IMG/VR virus record: IMGVR_UViG_3300025013_000127
Coordinates: 1-62,546 of that record
Length of the DNA stretch: 62,546 nt
Strand: one strand, 5' to 3'
From: a virus
Taxonomy: Duplodnaviria; Caudoviricetes
This document shows positions 19,298-29,612 of this stretch, in pieces. The notes under the pieces are model-generated. The model was not told where the DNA came from, made no database searches, and saw only the letters and a program-made list of their open reading frames with translations. How positions within the stretch are numbered: the first letter of the stretch is position 1; the number at the start of each line of letters is the position of its first letter. Both the position numbers and the translations under genes were made by a program.

Positions 19298-21967
19298 TGG
19301 GTAACGAGCGAGATACCTGTGAACTGGAGCGGCTGGCGCATGAGATAGCGTACGGCGCGGCGCGCTCCGATATCGAGTGCTACTGCGAGGGCCAGGCGGA
19401 AGCCGGGGCGCGGCTGTCGTGGTGGTACGATACGACAAGCGCCGAGTCCAGCGAGGAACAGGAATGGGTGGTGATGGCGGTCCGGTATCTGGAGTTGCGC
19501 GGGCTGCTGAAGCGTAATCCTGAGAATGCCGCCCTGGTGCGGCCGATGGATGAAGACGGCGGGCAACTGACATGAGCGCCGCGTTCTGGTTAGCGACGTA
19601 CATTGTGGCGGGAGTCTTCACCTCAAGCGTGCTTTATCAGCCTGCGGAGAGCGGCCACTTAGATCAGACATCTCCGCTGGAGTCTTTGGCCATCATGGCG
19701 TTTTGGCCGATTGTTTGGCTGTGCTTCCTATTTCTGATGCTGGCGTTTCTGGCTGACATGATCTGGCAGGGCATTAAGGGATAGGTGCAACGGAACCAAG
19801 TTCTGCGGAGCAGAAGCGCCGGGTTAAACCCCTGGCAAGGGGGGGAGAGGTGGAAAAGAAAGAGATCGTCATCAATCCGAAAGCGCCGGATGAGCATTGG
19901 GTCAGTCCTTCCGGTAGTGATTGCTGGTGCACCGTAGGCCAGTTGAAGGGCCTCATCGCTGAAGTGTGCCGCTCCAGTAATGAGGTTGTGCGGCTGAAAG
20001 CGATGGTGGAACTGGACTGCACGCAACCCGGCGTCTGCCCCGATGTCTGTACCATGTGCATCGCTACCAAGCGCGGGCCGTCGCGGATTCGGCATGACGA
20101 GGCAGTCGGGGCCGAATACCTGGAGTTGGAGGATGGCAGCGGGATCGGGACACACGAGGCCAATCTGTATGCGCATGGGATGAAGCATGGCCGAGACGAG
20201 TTCACCAGCCTGGAGCGCTCCTACACCCAGCGTCTGGGCGAAATGGCCCGGCTCTCCTACATCGTCTGTACCTGGACGCTGGAGCACGGCAACCTGGATG
20301 AAGAATCGCCCGAGGTCAAAGCCGCTGCCGAGGAAATCATGGAGTACGTCGAGGCGGTGCGGCCATGAGCAGAGGCAACCCCTACGACTACTGCCCTGAG
20401 TGCAATTCCCAAAACGTGGAGCGCGCAGCGCGAATGATCGACGGTGCGGCAGTTTCAACCATCCACTGCTACCATTGCGGCGGGGATTTCCGCAAGCAGC
20501 ATCAGTTGCGACCTGTAAAGCATCAGCCCGGATTCGAGACGACTGGCGTCAAGTGGACCCGGGTTTAACGGAATCGATGGGTGCCGCCGCCGGTCGGCAC
20601 CAGGGAGGGGTTATGGCATATCCAAATGATCCATCACCATACAATGGCCCGATTGAGCGGATAGACGGCGTCCGCCCGTACAATCACTATCTGTGGGACA
20701 CGGAAAGTTGGTGGGCTAATAGAGACCTCGACTTCCGTATTGACTCCCGCTGGCATTTCGGGATTGTGGCCCTTGCTGACGGCCGGTTTTCTGTAAATGG
20801 CTGTGTGTTCTCTATCGAGAGAAACGAGTACGCCAAGAAGCCGATAGTTTTTGTTTCTCGTACGGTGGCGATCCGCACGGCGGCCGCGAGGATGATCAGA
20901 ACTGCTCGGCACTCGAAAGAATGGCAGGGGCTGCTTTACGGTGGTTTAAAAGGTAGCCGTCTCGCAACTGTGATCAACTGGGCTCGCGGTGTGGTGGCTA
21001 AAGAGACCGGAAAATCTGAACCGAGGCCGGTGCAGATAAAAGAGCCGCCACCGCCGTACCGCCCGACAGGGTTACCACTTTTTGACTTTGGACAGAAATA
21101 ACAACTGGAGGAAATTATGGACTCAAAAAAACTTGCAGATGCAGTTCGGAATCTGAAGGCGAAGGTTGACGAAATCACCGATGAGGATGTCTTCGAGTCT
21201 AGCTCAGAAAATTACGATGCTCTCAACGACGCCAAAGACCTGTTGGGCGTGCTGGCACATATCATTGACGGGAAATCAGTTGCGCAGGCGTTCGGCTCCC
21301 CTGGTGATTGGGGTTACGGCACACCGATCGGTGACGCGCTCAGGTCCGCAAGCATCTTCAGTAACGTGAAGAACCCGCCAAGACCTGAAGGTGACAACCC
21401 GGTAGCATAACGAATTTAGCTCAGCCGTAAGGCTGGAGCGGGTGTTAAACCCGCGTAAGGAGGGGGGCAGTGAGGGATTTGAAGAGACAACTGGGGATGA
21501 TAGGGGAGTGCCTGCCGTCCTCGCCGTATAAGGACACGGTGGTCAAGGTGGCCTCAGCCGCCATTGATGAAATTGAGCGGTTGACGCGACTGAACGCCAA
21601 CCTGATGGACGGAGAGATGCCCGTCTGCGGTGACTGCGACGGCACTGGCTGGCTCTACAACAGGATTGATGGCCGCTACGCCTGTACGTGCATGACGGAG
21701 GCTGAGCCGTACCAGCTTCTGGAGTCCGATCGTGACAAGCTTCAGGTCGAGGTAGACGCAGCAAGAAAGCAGGGTGCCAGGTACTACATGACCGAGAAGT
21801 TCATACCGATTGAACGCCACAGGGTCGAGATCCTGGACGGCAGGAAGAACGCTTTCAGGGAGGCGGCACAAATAGCCTACAGCATTGGCAAGAAGCACGA
21901 CGCTGCAGGCCAAGAGTTTGATGCTGCTGGCGCCTACGAGGTTATGACAGCTATCGAGTCGGTTTAA
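19294..21967 (+). other. Run of small phage accessory ORFs (19294-19575, 19572-19784, 19850-20368, 20365-20568, 20613-21101, 21117-21410, 21470-21967)
   Basis: Co-oriented ORFs with RBSs, several overlapping start/stop; some have CxxC motifs; no family recognised. Confidence 0.6.
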
Positions 21968-22001
21968 CTCCTTACTATCCAGGCCGCCAATATTAGATGG
22001 T

Positions 22002-22031
22002 TTGACAAAAAACACGGCTTTGGGTTATAGA
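22002..22031 (+). promoter_or_regulatory. Putative sigma70 promoter ahead of the late operon
   Basis: TTGACA-18 nt-TATAGA. Confidence 0.5.
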
Positions 22032-22097
22032 ATCAGCTTCACTCCCCGCAGTAAATCGTTGTAAGCCCCCACAATCACTCTCATGACCAATCACCTG

Positions 22098-22121
22098 AAC
22101 GCGCCAAACGGCGCGTTTTTT
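22098..22121 (+). terminator. Intrinsic terminator-like hairpin
   Basis: AACGCGCC-aaac-GGCGCGTT-TTTT. Confidence 0.65.
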
Positions 22122-22317
22122 CGTATTGTCCAACCTACTTGATTCACCCCCCTAAAGGATCGTCCCGGTGCTGGTCGCGCCGGGGCGATCCACCTCAACT
22201 CTCAACTTACATGCTTTCGCTTTCGTTGATCGATTGTCGAGTTGTCCGAAATCATCGGACAACTGCCATTACGGGGTCTCGGCGTATCGGCGCGCATATT
22301 TGCTTACTGGAGGTTTC

Positions 22318-23001
22318 ATGTCTGCGGACTTTTTGACGGCTCATCGGTTGACCATGGGCGAGGAAGGGGGCTTTGCAAATAACCCCGATGATAAGGGCGG
22401 CCCTACTTACAAGGGATGCGCCAAGAAGTTCTGGGGTCATCTGCCGCTCTGGAAAATCATCGACTGGCACTTGTCCCAGGTACCGCCCCAGCCGCGCTAC
22501 AGCTTCAAACCGGGCGCTGCTTACCGTGGGTGGGTCGCCAACTTGAACGCACGGCTGGCGGCTGATCGGGAGCTGCAGGCGAAGATTCTTTCCTTCTATC
22601 GCGAGGTGTTCTGGAAGGCTAACCGCTTGGACCAGGTGAACGATCAGCGGGTGGCGAACTGGATTTACGACCATGCGGTGAACGGCGGCGGTCGCGGCAT
22701 CGGCTGGATGCAGACGGCGGCGGGCGCCAAGCCGGATGGGGTTATCGGCCCGAAGACTGTCGCGGCGATCAACGCGGCTGATGCGATCGCGATTCTGGGG
22801 CGTGCCGAGGATGAGGCTGCTGTCTACCGGCTGGTCCGGGCGCACAGGGACCCCAGCCAGATTGCCTTTCTCCCCTCCTGGCTGAAGCGGGACGGGCTGT
22901 CCGAGAGTGAGATCCGCGCGGTCATGTTCGCCGCGTCCGATGGGGAGCTTTCCATGGCTGAGTTGAAGGAGCTGACCGCGCTGATCATCGCGACGGCTTA
23001 G
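22318..23001 (+). CDS. Endolysin, glycoside hydrolase family 108
   Basis: EGGFANNPDDKGGPT; DGVIGPKT. Confidence 0.9.
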   Translation: MSADFLTAHRLTMGEEGGFANNPDDKGGPTYKGCAKKFWGHLPLWKIIDWHLSQVPPQPRYSFKPGAAYRGWVANLNARLAADRELQAKILSFYREVFWKANRLDQVNDQRVANWIYDHAVNGGGRGIGWMQTAAGAKPDGVIGPKTVAAINAADAIAILGRAEDEAAVYRLVRAHRDPSQIAFLPSWLKRDGLSESEIRAVMFAASDGELSMAELKELTALIIATA

Positions 23002-23027
23002 CTGAACATATTCCTAGGGGGTGCGGC

Positions 23028-23666
23028 GTGTTTCACAAAAACAGGATAGCGGCGGTGCTGGCGATGATGGCGATGGCGGGGTTTCTCCTGATGTTCGGGG
23101 TGCTTGCCTTTTTGCGGGTGCCGCCCGAGAACAAGGATTTTTTCAACATGGGGTTCATCGCCCTGATCGGGTTCGTGAGCACCGCTTTCGGCTACTACCT
23201 GGGGAGCTCGCTGGGCTCGGCTCATAAAAACGAGCTGTTCGGCCAGACCGGCACGCTGCTTATTCCGGGGCATGACGCGGAGGATACCAGGCAGGCGGGT
23301 TTCGCCCGGCTGCCGGCGATGGCGCTTTTGGTTCTGGCGGCCGGGCTAATGCTTTTTGCGGGCTGCGCGACGGTCCAGAAGGACGGGCCCCAGGTGACAG
23401 CGGGAAAGTCTCTTCTGGCCGTCAAACAGACGATTGTCGCGGCTGCGAATACTGCAGATGTGCTTTGCAGGTCCGGCCAGATGTCGGCTGATAAATGCAC
23501 TCAGGCCAAGGCCGCTTACGAGATCTCCAAACCGGCTTACGACTCTGCCGTGGACGCGTATTTGCTGATGTCCGAAGGGGGTGATCCTGCCGCCTTCGGG
23601 GCGGCGATGACGCGGCTGCAGGGGATCGCCGGCAACATGGCGCTCTTGGCGGGAGGTGCCAATTGA
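23028..23666 (+). CDS. Holin-like 2-TM domain fused to a lipoprotein
   Basis: Two TM helices and YYLGSSLGS; internal lipobox LFAGC. Confidence 0.65.
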   Translation: MFHKNRIAAVLAMMAMAGFLLMFGVLAFLRVPPENKDFFNMGFIALIGFVSTAFGYYLGSSLGSAHKNELFGQTGTLLIPGHDAEDTRQAGFARLPAMALLVLAAGLMLFAGCATVQKDGPQVTAGKSLLAVKQTIVAAANTADVLCRSGQMSADKCTQAKAAYEISKPAYDSAVDAYLLMSEGGDPAAFGAAMTRLQGIAGNMALLAGGAN

Positions 23667-23848
23667 ACGCCGCTCAGATTGCTCAGCTAGTTATCATACT
23701 GGCTCCGATTGCCAAGGATATCGCGGTGGAGGGTAGCAAGATCGTGGCCACCATGCGGGACGACATCAGCCAGGATGAGTTGAATCTGGCGCTGGAGCTT
23801 TCCAAGTCCGTTTCGTGGCCGGCGCTTGATTTCAAGGTGGGTGCCTGA
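23663..23848 (+). CDS. Small hypothetical protein (lysis region)
   Basis: Overlapping starts and stops. Confidence 0.55.
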   Translation: MNAAQIAQLVIILAPIAKDIAVEGSKIVATMRDDISQDELNLALELSKSVSWPALDFKVGA

Positions 23849-24567
23849 TGAGGTGGCACAGGAGGCCGGATAAGGGCGCGCCCCTGGTGAACCTGCAGAG
23901 GATGGCGCTTTTGGTGCTGTTGATACTGGCGGTGTACGCGGCGGGTTGGATGTGCTTGATGCCGCCGGTGGCGGAGCCGGTTGAGGTGGAAAGGCTGGTG
24001 GTGGTCCAGGTGCTGATGCCTGCGCAGTTACCGGTGGACGAGCCTGAGGTTGTGCGGGCTCCGGCGGTAATTGCCGAGAGGTCCGGGGTCGCTCGGACTG
24101 GTGCGATTGGCCCGCTCAGCTCGACGCTGGAGGCTGGCGTCGGTGATGTCCTGGTGGGGTTGGAGGAGAAGGTGGTGCCGGCGCGAGAGGCTGAGGAGTT
24201 GGAGCCTTTGATGGAGGAACTGGAGCGGGCTTCCATCGAGGCTCCGGTCGAGCGGTCGGTTGCTGCTAAGGAGCCGGTTGTGTTCTACCGCCCGGCTGCC
24301 GTGTTCGACGGCGGCACCGGGATCTCTATACTGCCTGCTGAGGTGCCGGCTGCCAACGGGGCGCGCTGGTGGGAGCTACGGGACAACCTGGGCGCGGGAA
24401 TCCGCTACGGTGTTGCGCTCGGAAACGGCGAGCCGAAGGGCACCGGGACGGCTTACGGGTTCTGGGAGTTCCTCCGGGTGAAGGATGCATTCTTCACCGG
24501 CTACGTGGAAGGCAATACGGACCGCCTGGGGAAGGCGCAGGTGGATATGCAGTGGCGCAAGCGGTGA
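23848..24567 (+). CDS. Membrane-anchored protein, candidate spanin-type component
   Basis: N-terminal TM, acidic linker, C-terminal amphipathic beta-like segments. Confidence 0.5.
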   Translation: MRWHRRPDKGAPLVNLQRMALLVLLILAVYAAGWMCLMPPVAEPVEVERLVVVQVLMPAQLPVDEPEVVRAPAVIAERSGVARTGAIGPLSSTLEAGVGDVLVGLEEKVVPAREAEELEPLMEELERASIEAPVERSVAAKEPVVFYRPAAVFDGGTGISILPAEVPAANGARWWELRDNLGAGIRYGVALGNGEPKGTGTAYGFWEFLRVKDAFFTGYVEGNTDRLGKAQVDMQWRKR

Positions 24568-24605
24568 CGATTTAGATAGTAACTCATCCACTTCAGGAGG
24601 TTGTT

Positions 24606-25022
24606 TTGGAAACCATTTCTCTCCCATTCGCCAGCTTCGTGTTTCAGACCCTAGGGCTACCCGGACTGATTTTTATCATCTGGTGGTGGGACCACAAGGT
24701 CCAGATCACCCAGCGTGAACAGGCCGAGTTACAGCATCAGAAGGATCGTGATGCCAACACGAATCAGCGTGAGTCGCATGAAAAGGAGATCACGGCAATC
24801 CTGGCTCAGTATCGGGAGGATGTTTCCAGCATCAAGCAGTTGTACCAAAACAACGCGGAGCTGGTGCGCAATTACGACCGGTCACTGGAGCGGATCGAGA
24901 AGCTTTATCAGGAGACCTTGAACGTGATCGGATTGAATACCCAGACAGCTACCAAGCTGGTTGTGGCCATCAACAACAACGATTATTGCCCGGCGGTACG
25001 GGCTGCGGGGCCGGGACGATGA
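24606..25022 (+). CDS. TM plus coiled-coil phage protein
   Basis: LGLPGLIFIIWWW followed by coiled coil; AGGAGG RBS. Confidence 0.65.
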   Translation: METISLPFASFVFQTLGLPGLIFIIWWWDHKVQITQREQAELQHQKDRDANTNQRESHEKEITAILAQYREDVSSIKQLYQNNAELVRNYDRSLERIEKLYQETLNVIGLNTQTATKLVVAINNNDYCPAVRAAGPGR

Positions 25023-25264
25023 GCACGGAACGCGCCGCGATGCGCGGCAGGCTGGCGGAACTGAACGCCGAACGTGTACGGCTGCGCAACCGAATCCAGG
25101 GTGAGGCGACGGCGATCCGCGCCGCGCTCAACACGACGCTCACCCCTATTGATGAGCTGGACGTGCCGGTGATCGATGAGCAGTGGGACGGGCTGAAAAG
25201 CGCCTGGGCCGAGCTGTTCGGGGTGAACCAGGACATCAGGCGGCTGGAAAGGGAGTTGGCCTGA
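25019..25264 (+). CDS. Hypothetical coiled-coil protein
   Basis: Overlapping start/stop with neighbours. Confidence 0.6.
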   Translation: MSTERAAMRGRLAELNAERVRLRNRIQGEATAIRAALNTTLTPIDELDVPVIDEQWDGLKSAWAELFGVNQDIRRLERELA

Positions 25265-25737
25265 TGGCTGAGAAAGGGGTGCGGGCGGAGCTGGAATCTT
25301 TGGTGCGTCAGAGCTACCTGGACACCGGTAACCTGTCCAGGGCGGCGGAGCTGCACGGGGTGTCGCGCCAGACGGCGGGCGAGTGGAAGCGTCGGGCCGG
25401 TGATGAGTGGGACAAGGCCAGGGAGAGAAAGGCAACTTTCGGCCTGCGCATGGAGAAGCTCCTGGATCGCGAGCTGACCTTTGCGGAGGAGTGTGCGGCG
25501 GGCGAGGTCGGCGGCGGCACGCTGGACAACCTCTCCAAGCTCGGTTCGTTGGTGGTGAAGTTCAAGGCGGTGGAGGCTACCGGTGGACCGAGTTACGACA
25601 AGGCGGCCGTCTTCCTGGAAAACTTGAAGTGGATGGTGGGCTTTCTGAAGGAGCATGACCAGACGGCGCTTGAGCTGCTGTCGGAGAGTTTCGAGGAGAT
25701 GGCCACGGCCTACAAGGAGCAGTGTCTAAGTGCGTAA
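25264..25737 (+). CDS. Putative terminase small subunit (DUF1804-like)
   Basis: HTH AAELHGVSRQTAGEWK...EWDKAR directly before the large subunit. Confidence 0.75.
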   Translation: MAEKGVRAELESLVRQSYLDTGNLSRAAELHGVSRQTAGEWKRRAGDEWDKARERKATFGLRMEKLLDRELTFAEECAAGEVGGGTLDNLSKLGSLVVKFKAVEATGGPSYDKAAVFLENLKWMVGFLKEHDQTALELLSESFEEMATAYKEQCLSA

Positions 25738-27244
25738 GAAGATCAACCTCACTGAAGGCCAGTATGACAAGCAGGTGGACGAACTCAAGAAGTGGATCCG
25801 CGAAAGCGTCTCCCCCTTCGAGAACGATACGCCTGCCAAGAAGAAGGCGCGCAAGGAGCGCGGCCAGGTTGATCTGTTGTTTTTCTTCCAGACCTACCTG
25901 CCGCATTACTTCAGTTGCGAATTCGGCGAGTGTCATCCGGAATGGCAAGAGGTGACCGAGCTTCAGGATAGCTTTGCCGTGGTCGGGGCCCCGCGCGAGA
26001 TGGCGAAGTCGACCTTCTTCACCCTGGGTAATCCGGTGCATAAGATCTGCTATGCCCTGAAACGCTTTATCTGGCCCTGCTCCGATACGCATGAGCAGGC
26101 GGCCGGTTTCAGTCTGCAGATAAAACTCGAACTGGAGGAGAACCCGCGCATCAGGCACGACTTCGGAAACCTGAAGACGAAGAACTGGAGCGATGACGAT
26201 TTCGAGACGTCGAACGGTGTGAAGGTCTTGGCCCGGGGGCGGGGCGACAAAGTCAGGGGCATCAGGTACCGCCAGCATCGTCCGGACATGGCGATCTTTG
26301 ACGACATGGAAAACGATGAGACGGTGGAGAACCCCCGCACCACCAAGAAAATCTTGAACTGGATGCGCGGCGCGGTGCTGGGCTCCCTGGGCAAGGGCTA
26401 CTCTGCGATCATGGTCGGCAACCTGTTTCATCCGCTCTCCGCGATCTGCCAACTGATCGCGGACGTGGATGATGAGGGGAACAAGCGCTACTTCTCCCGG
26501 GTCTACCATTTGATCATTGATGAGGGTGGACCTGAGGAGCGATCCCTTTGGCCGGCGAACTGGCCCATGGAGCGCATCCTTCAGAAGAGGCACGATGTCG
26601 GCTCGTACACCTTCAACAAGGAGTATATGAATAAGGTGGGGACCGAGGACACGCCTTTCCCAGAGGACCTGGTGAAGTACCACGGCCGGATCGAGATGGT
26701 GAACCGCAAGCTGCTCTTCGTGACGGCGATCGATCCCTCCGCTACCGCCACCAGCGGCTCGGACTTCAAGGCCGTGGTTACTTATGGCTTCGACCCGAAG
26801 GACATGCTTTTCCCCTGCATGCACGCCTGGATTAAGCGCCGTTCCATCAACGAGATGCTTGCCGCGGCTTATCAGCAAAACGACCAGTACCCGGGCGTGG
26901 TGGCCATAGAGGACAACATGCTGAAGGATTTCCTGCACCAGGCTATTCACAACTATGCCAAGGAGGTCGGGCGCTATCTCCCCTGGGCGCCGATGCAGCA
27001 CAGCACCAACAAGATCGGCAGGATCGTGGGTACCTGCTCTTATCTCTGGGAGCACGGCAAGATGCTGTTCGAGAAGGGACAGAGCGACCAGGCCAAGCTG
27101 ATCGAGCAGTTCGTCTACATCTACAACGCCACGGTGAACGATGACGGGCCCGATGCCGCCGAAATGGCGATCAGCAAGCTGATGGGCGGGATGGGGATTA
27201 AAACGACCGATGCTTTACCGGCATTTACGGAGGCGGCTGCATGA
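25730..27244 (+). CDS. terL: Terminase large subunit
   Basis: APREMAKST, IFDDMEND, AIDPS, DDGPDA. Confidence 0.92.
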   Translation: MRKKINLTEGQYDKQVDELKKWIRESVSPFENDTPAKKKARKERGQVDLLFFFQTYLPHYFSCEFGECHPEWQEVTELQDSFAVVGAPREMAKSTFFTLGNPVHKICYALKRFIWPCSDTHEQAAGFSLQIKLELEENPRIRHDFGNLKTKNWSDDDFETSNGVKVLARGRGDKVRGIRYRQHRPDMAIFDDMENDETVENPRTTKKILNWMRGAVLGSLGKGYSAIMVGNLFHPLSAICQLIADVDDEGNKRYFSRVYHLIIDEGGPEERSLWPANWPMERILQKRHDVGSYTFNKEYMNKVGTEDTPFPEDLVKYHGRIEMVNRKLLFVTAIDPSATATSGSDFKAVVTYGFDPKDMLFPCMHAWIKRRSINEMLAAAYQQNDQYPGVVAIEDNMLKDFLHQAIHNYAKEVGRYLPWAPMQHSTNKIGRIVGTCSYLWEHGKMLFEKGQSDQAKLIEQFVYIYNATVNDDGPDAAEMAISKLMGGMGIKTTDALPAFTEAAA

Positions 27245-29526
27245 AGTGGAGAAACCCGTTCGCCAAAGTACGCCCGGAGGTCCGACCGGGTCAGGAGTCG
27301 GTCTCTGAAGACGGTATTAACGGCATTATCGGCAAGCTGTCGGGGTTCTACAACTTCAGCGCAGCGCCTTTCGATTTGCGCTCGTTGGAGGTGCTTGAGC
27401 TTCTAGGGATGCTCAATCCGGATGTGTCCCAGGCGCTCTCGATCTGGGTCAACCTGGGCAATACGGGACACGAGGTTGAGGTTGAGGCGCGGAACCCTCA
27501 GGTCGTGCTCGACCGGCTCAATGAGCTGGCGGCCACCGTGTACCAGACGGGTGGCGGAGTGGACGGCATGGTTAATCATTTTCTGCGCCAGATCCCGCTA
27601 ATGGGGGCGCTCTCCGCGGAGTGGGTGGTTGCCGATCGGATTCAGGACGGGCTGGTGGATTGCGCGGTGGTGCCGGTAAAGCGAATCCGCTGGCAGCGGG
27701 TTGACGGCAGGTGGGCTCCCTTCCAGGTTACCAATATGATCACCGGCGGCAACATGGGCCATATCGCGCTCAATCCGGTGACATACAGTTGCATGCCGCT
27801 GATCACCAATGACGGCTCACCCTACCCTATTCCTCCGTTTCTGGCCTGCCTGAAGAATATAGAGGTCCAGCTGGATGCGACGGACAATATCGGCAGCATC
27901 ATCCGCAAGATGGGGATTTTGGGTTTCATTGACGTCTCGATGAAGATCCCGGATCAGAAGCCCGGCGAAACCGATGAGGCGTACCAGGTTCGAATGACTG
28001 CGCGGCTGCAGGCGTACGCCAAGGCTTATAAGACGAACCTCGCTAAGGGGGTCAGCGTTCATTACGATGACCAGGAGATCAAACACAACGCGACCAACGC
28101 CGGCGCGGCGGGCGGGGCTAAGAGCATCTGGGAGATGAACGAAGAGCAGATTTTCAGCGCCTTGGATATCCCTCCCAGCATGTGCGGCCGTTCGTATTCA
28201 TCGACTGAGACCTATGCCGCCGTGGATTTCGAGCGTCTGGGCACCAAGCTGATCAATGCTCGGCGCATCATCAAGCGGTTCCTGGAGAAAGGCTACATGC
28301 TGGATCTGCTGCTGCGCGGGATCGATGCCAAGGTGTGTGTATCGTTTAACGCTCAATCCTCCTTCAAGGAAAAGGAGAAGGCGGACGCGGAGAAGATCCG
28401 GATCGAGAACGTGCTGGCCAAGCGTGACGGCGGGATCATCAACGATGATGAGGCGGCTCAGGAGTTGGGGTACGAGAAGGCTACCGGGCGGCTCCCGGGG
28501 GACTCGGCGCCGGATGGGTTCTTCGGGGAGGCCAAGCGGTTCAGTTTCAACCGGGTGAAGGGCAAGTACGAGTTCGTTCAGGAGCGGATCGTGGTGCTGG
28601 AGACTCCGGAGGACGATCGCAGGGATCAGAGCTATCAGGCTGCGCTGGAGAGTGTGCTGGTTGGGGCGGAGGAGGCGGCGATCGCGGCGGCGTTGACCGC
28701 GGCCGAGAAGGAGTACTCCTCCGCACAGGCGTTCGCGAAGGCAGTCTATGCGGCCTTTGCCGGGACGCTACGTGCGGAGATCGCCAAGGCTCCGGTGATG
28801 AGGGTGTGTAAGAGGTTTGTCGGCGATGAGTGGCGCCGCTGGAGGTACGAGGACAAGAATCATTTGACGGTCGGACCTCGGACCAGTCTGGCTGGTGGGA
28901 CCGGTCTGGCTGGTCGGACAAGGCGGGCCGCACTTGAGGGAATCGACATCGGCTTGGTCGACAAGAACGCGCTGCGCTACATCACAAATGTGGAGGAGTT
29001 CTACTTCGGACGGGGCAACTATCTCGCCCAGGACGATGTGACGGGCCGGCAGTTCGTCTCCTGGCTCCAGGAGGAGTACATCGCGAAGGGGCTCAATATC
29101 CGGGACGAGGCTACCTGGGATGAGTTCAAGGGGCTCTTCACGAAGCTGGTGGAGGAAACCAGCTACCAGAAGATCGAACAGATCGTCTCGACTACGATGG
29201 GACGCATCCAGAACATGGGCCAGACTCTGTCGCTCTACGAGGCGGGGATCAAGACTTATCAGATCGTGGGGCCCCGCACGGCTCCGATCTGCAAATACTG
29301 CCTGGCGATGCTGGGACGGAAGTTCAGCGTGAAAGTGGCGGCGCAACGCTTGGCGCAGGTGCTGGATAAGGGTTTCGAGAAGCCGGAGGATCTCCCCCCT
29401 TTCCTGAGCTCGAAATATCATGTCGAGACGGTGGAGGAGATGAGCGACAAGGAGCTCCAGGATGCCGGTTTCGAGACTCCCCCCTTTCACCCCAAATGCA
29501 GGCATCGGAAGGCGGCAGTGGAGTAG
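27241..29526 (+). CDS. Portal protein fused to a Mu gpF-like minor head domain
   Basis: Follows terL; portal-like N-terminal ~420 aa; C-terminal CKYC...PPFHPKCR. Confidence 0.8.
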   Translation: MKWRNPFAKVRPEVRPGQESVSEDGINGIIGKLSGFYNFSAAPFDLRSLEVLELLGMLNPDVSQALSIWVNLGNTGHEVEVEARNPQVVLDRLNELAATVYQTGGGVDGMVNHFLRQIPLMGALSAEWVVADRIQDGLVDCAVVPVKRIRWQRVDGRWAPFQVTNMITGGNMGHIALNPVTYSCMPLITNDGSPYPIPPFLACLKNIEVQLDATDNIGSIIRKMGILGFIDVSMKIPDQKPGETDEAYQVRMTARLQAYAKAYKTNLAKGVSVHYDDQEIKHNATNAGAAGGAKSIWEMNEEQIFSALDIPPSMCGRSYSSTETYAAVDFERLGTKLINARRIIKRFLEKGYMLDLLLRGIDAKVCVSFNAQSSFKEKEKADAEKIRIENVLAKRDGGIINDDEAAQELGYEKATGRLPGDSAPDGFFGEAKRFSFNRVKGKYEFVQERIVVLETPEDDRRDQSYQAALESVLVGAEEAAIAAALTAAEKEYSSAQAFAKAVYAAFAGTLRAEIAKAPVMRVCKRFVGDEWRRWRYEDKNHLTVGPRTSLAGGTGLAGRTRRAALEGIDIGLVDKNALRYITNVEEFYFGRGNYLAQDDVTGRQFVSWLQEEYIAKGLNIRDEATWDEFKGLFTKLVEETSYQKIEQIVSTTMGRIQNMGQTLSLYEAGIKTYQIVGPRTAPICKYCLAMLGRKFSVKVAAQRLAQVLDKGFEKPEDLPPFLSSKYHVETVEEMSDKELQDAGFETPPFHPKCRHRKAAVE

Positions 29527-29612
29527 TTGCATTAGCAAGGGGGCGATACCCCGTTCATGAACTAGATTTCGGCGTCTCAGGGCGCTATTGAGTGGTCATC
29601 AGGGAGGCGGTT

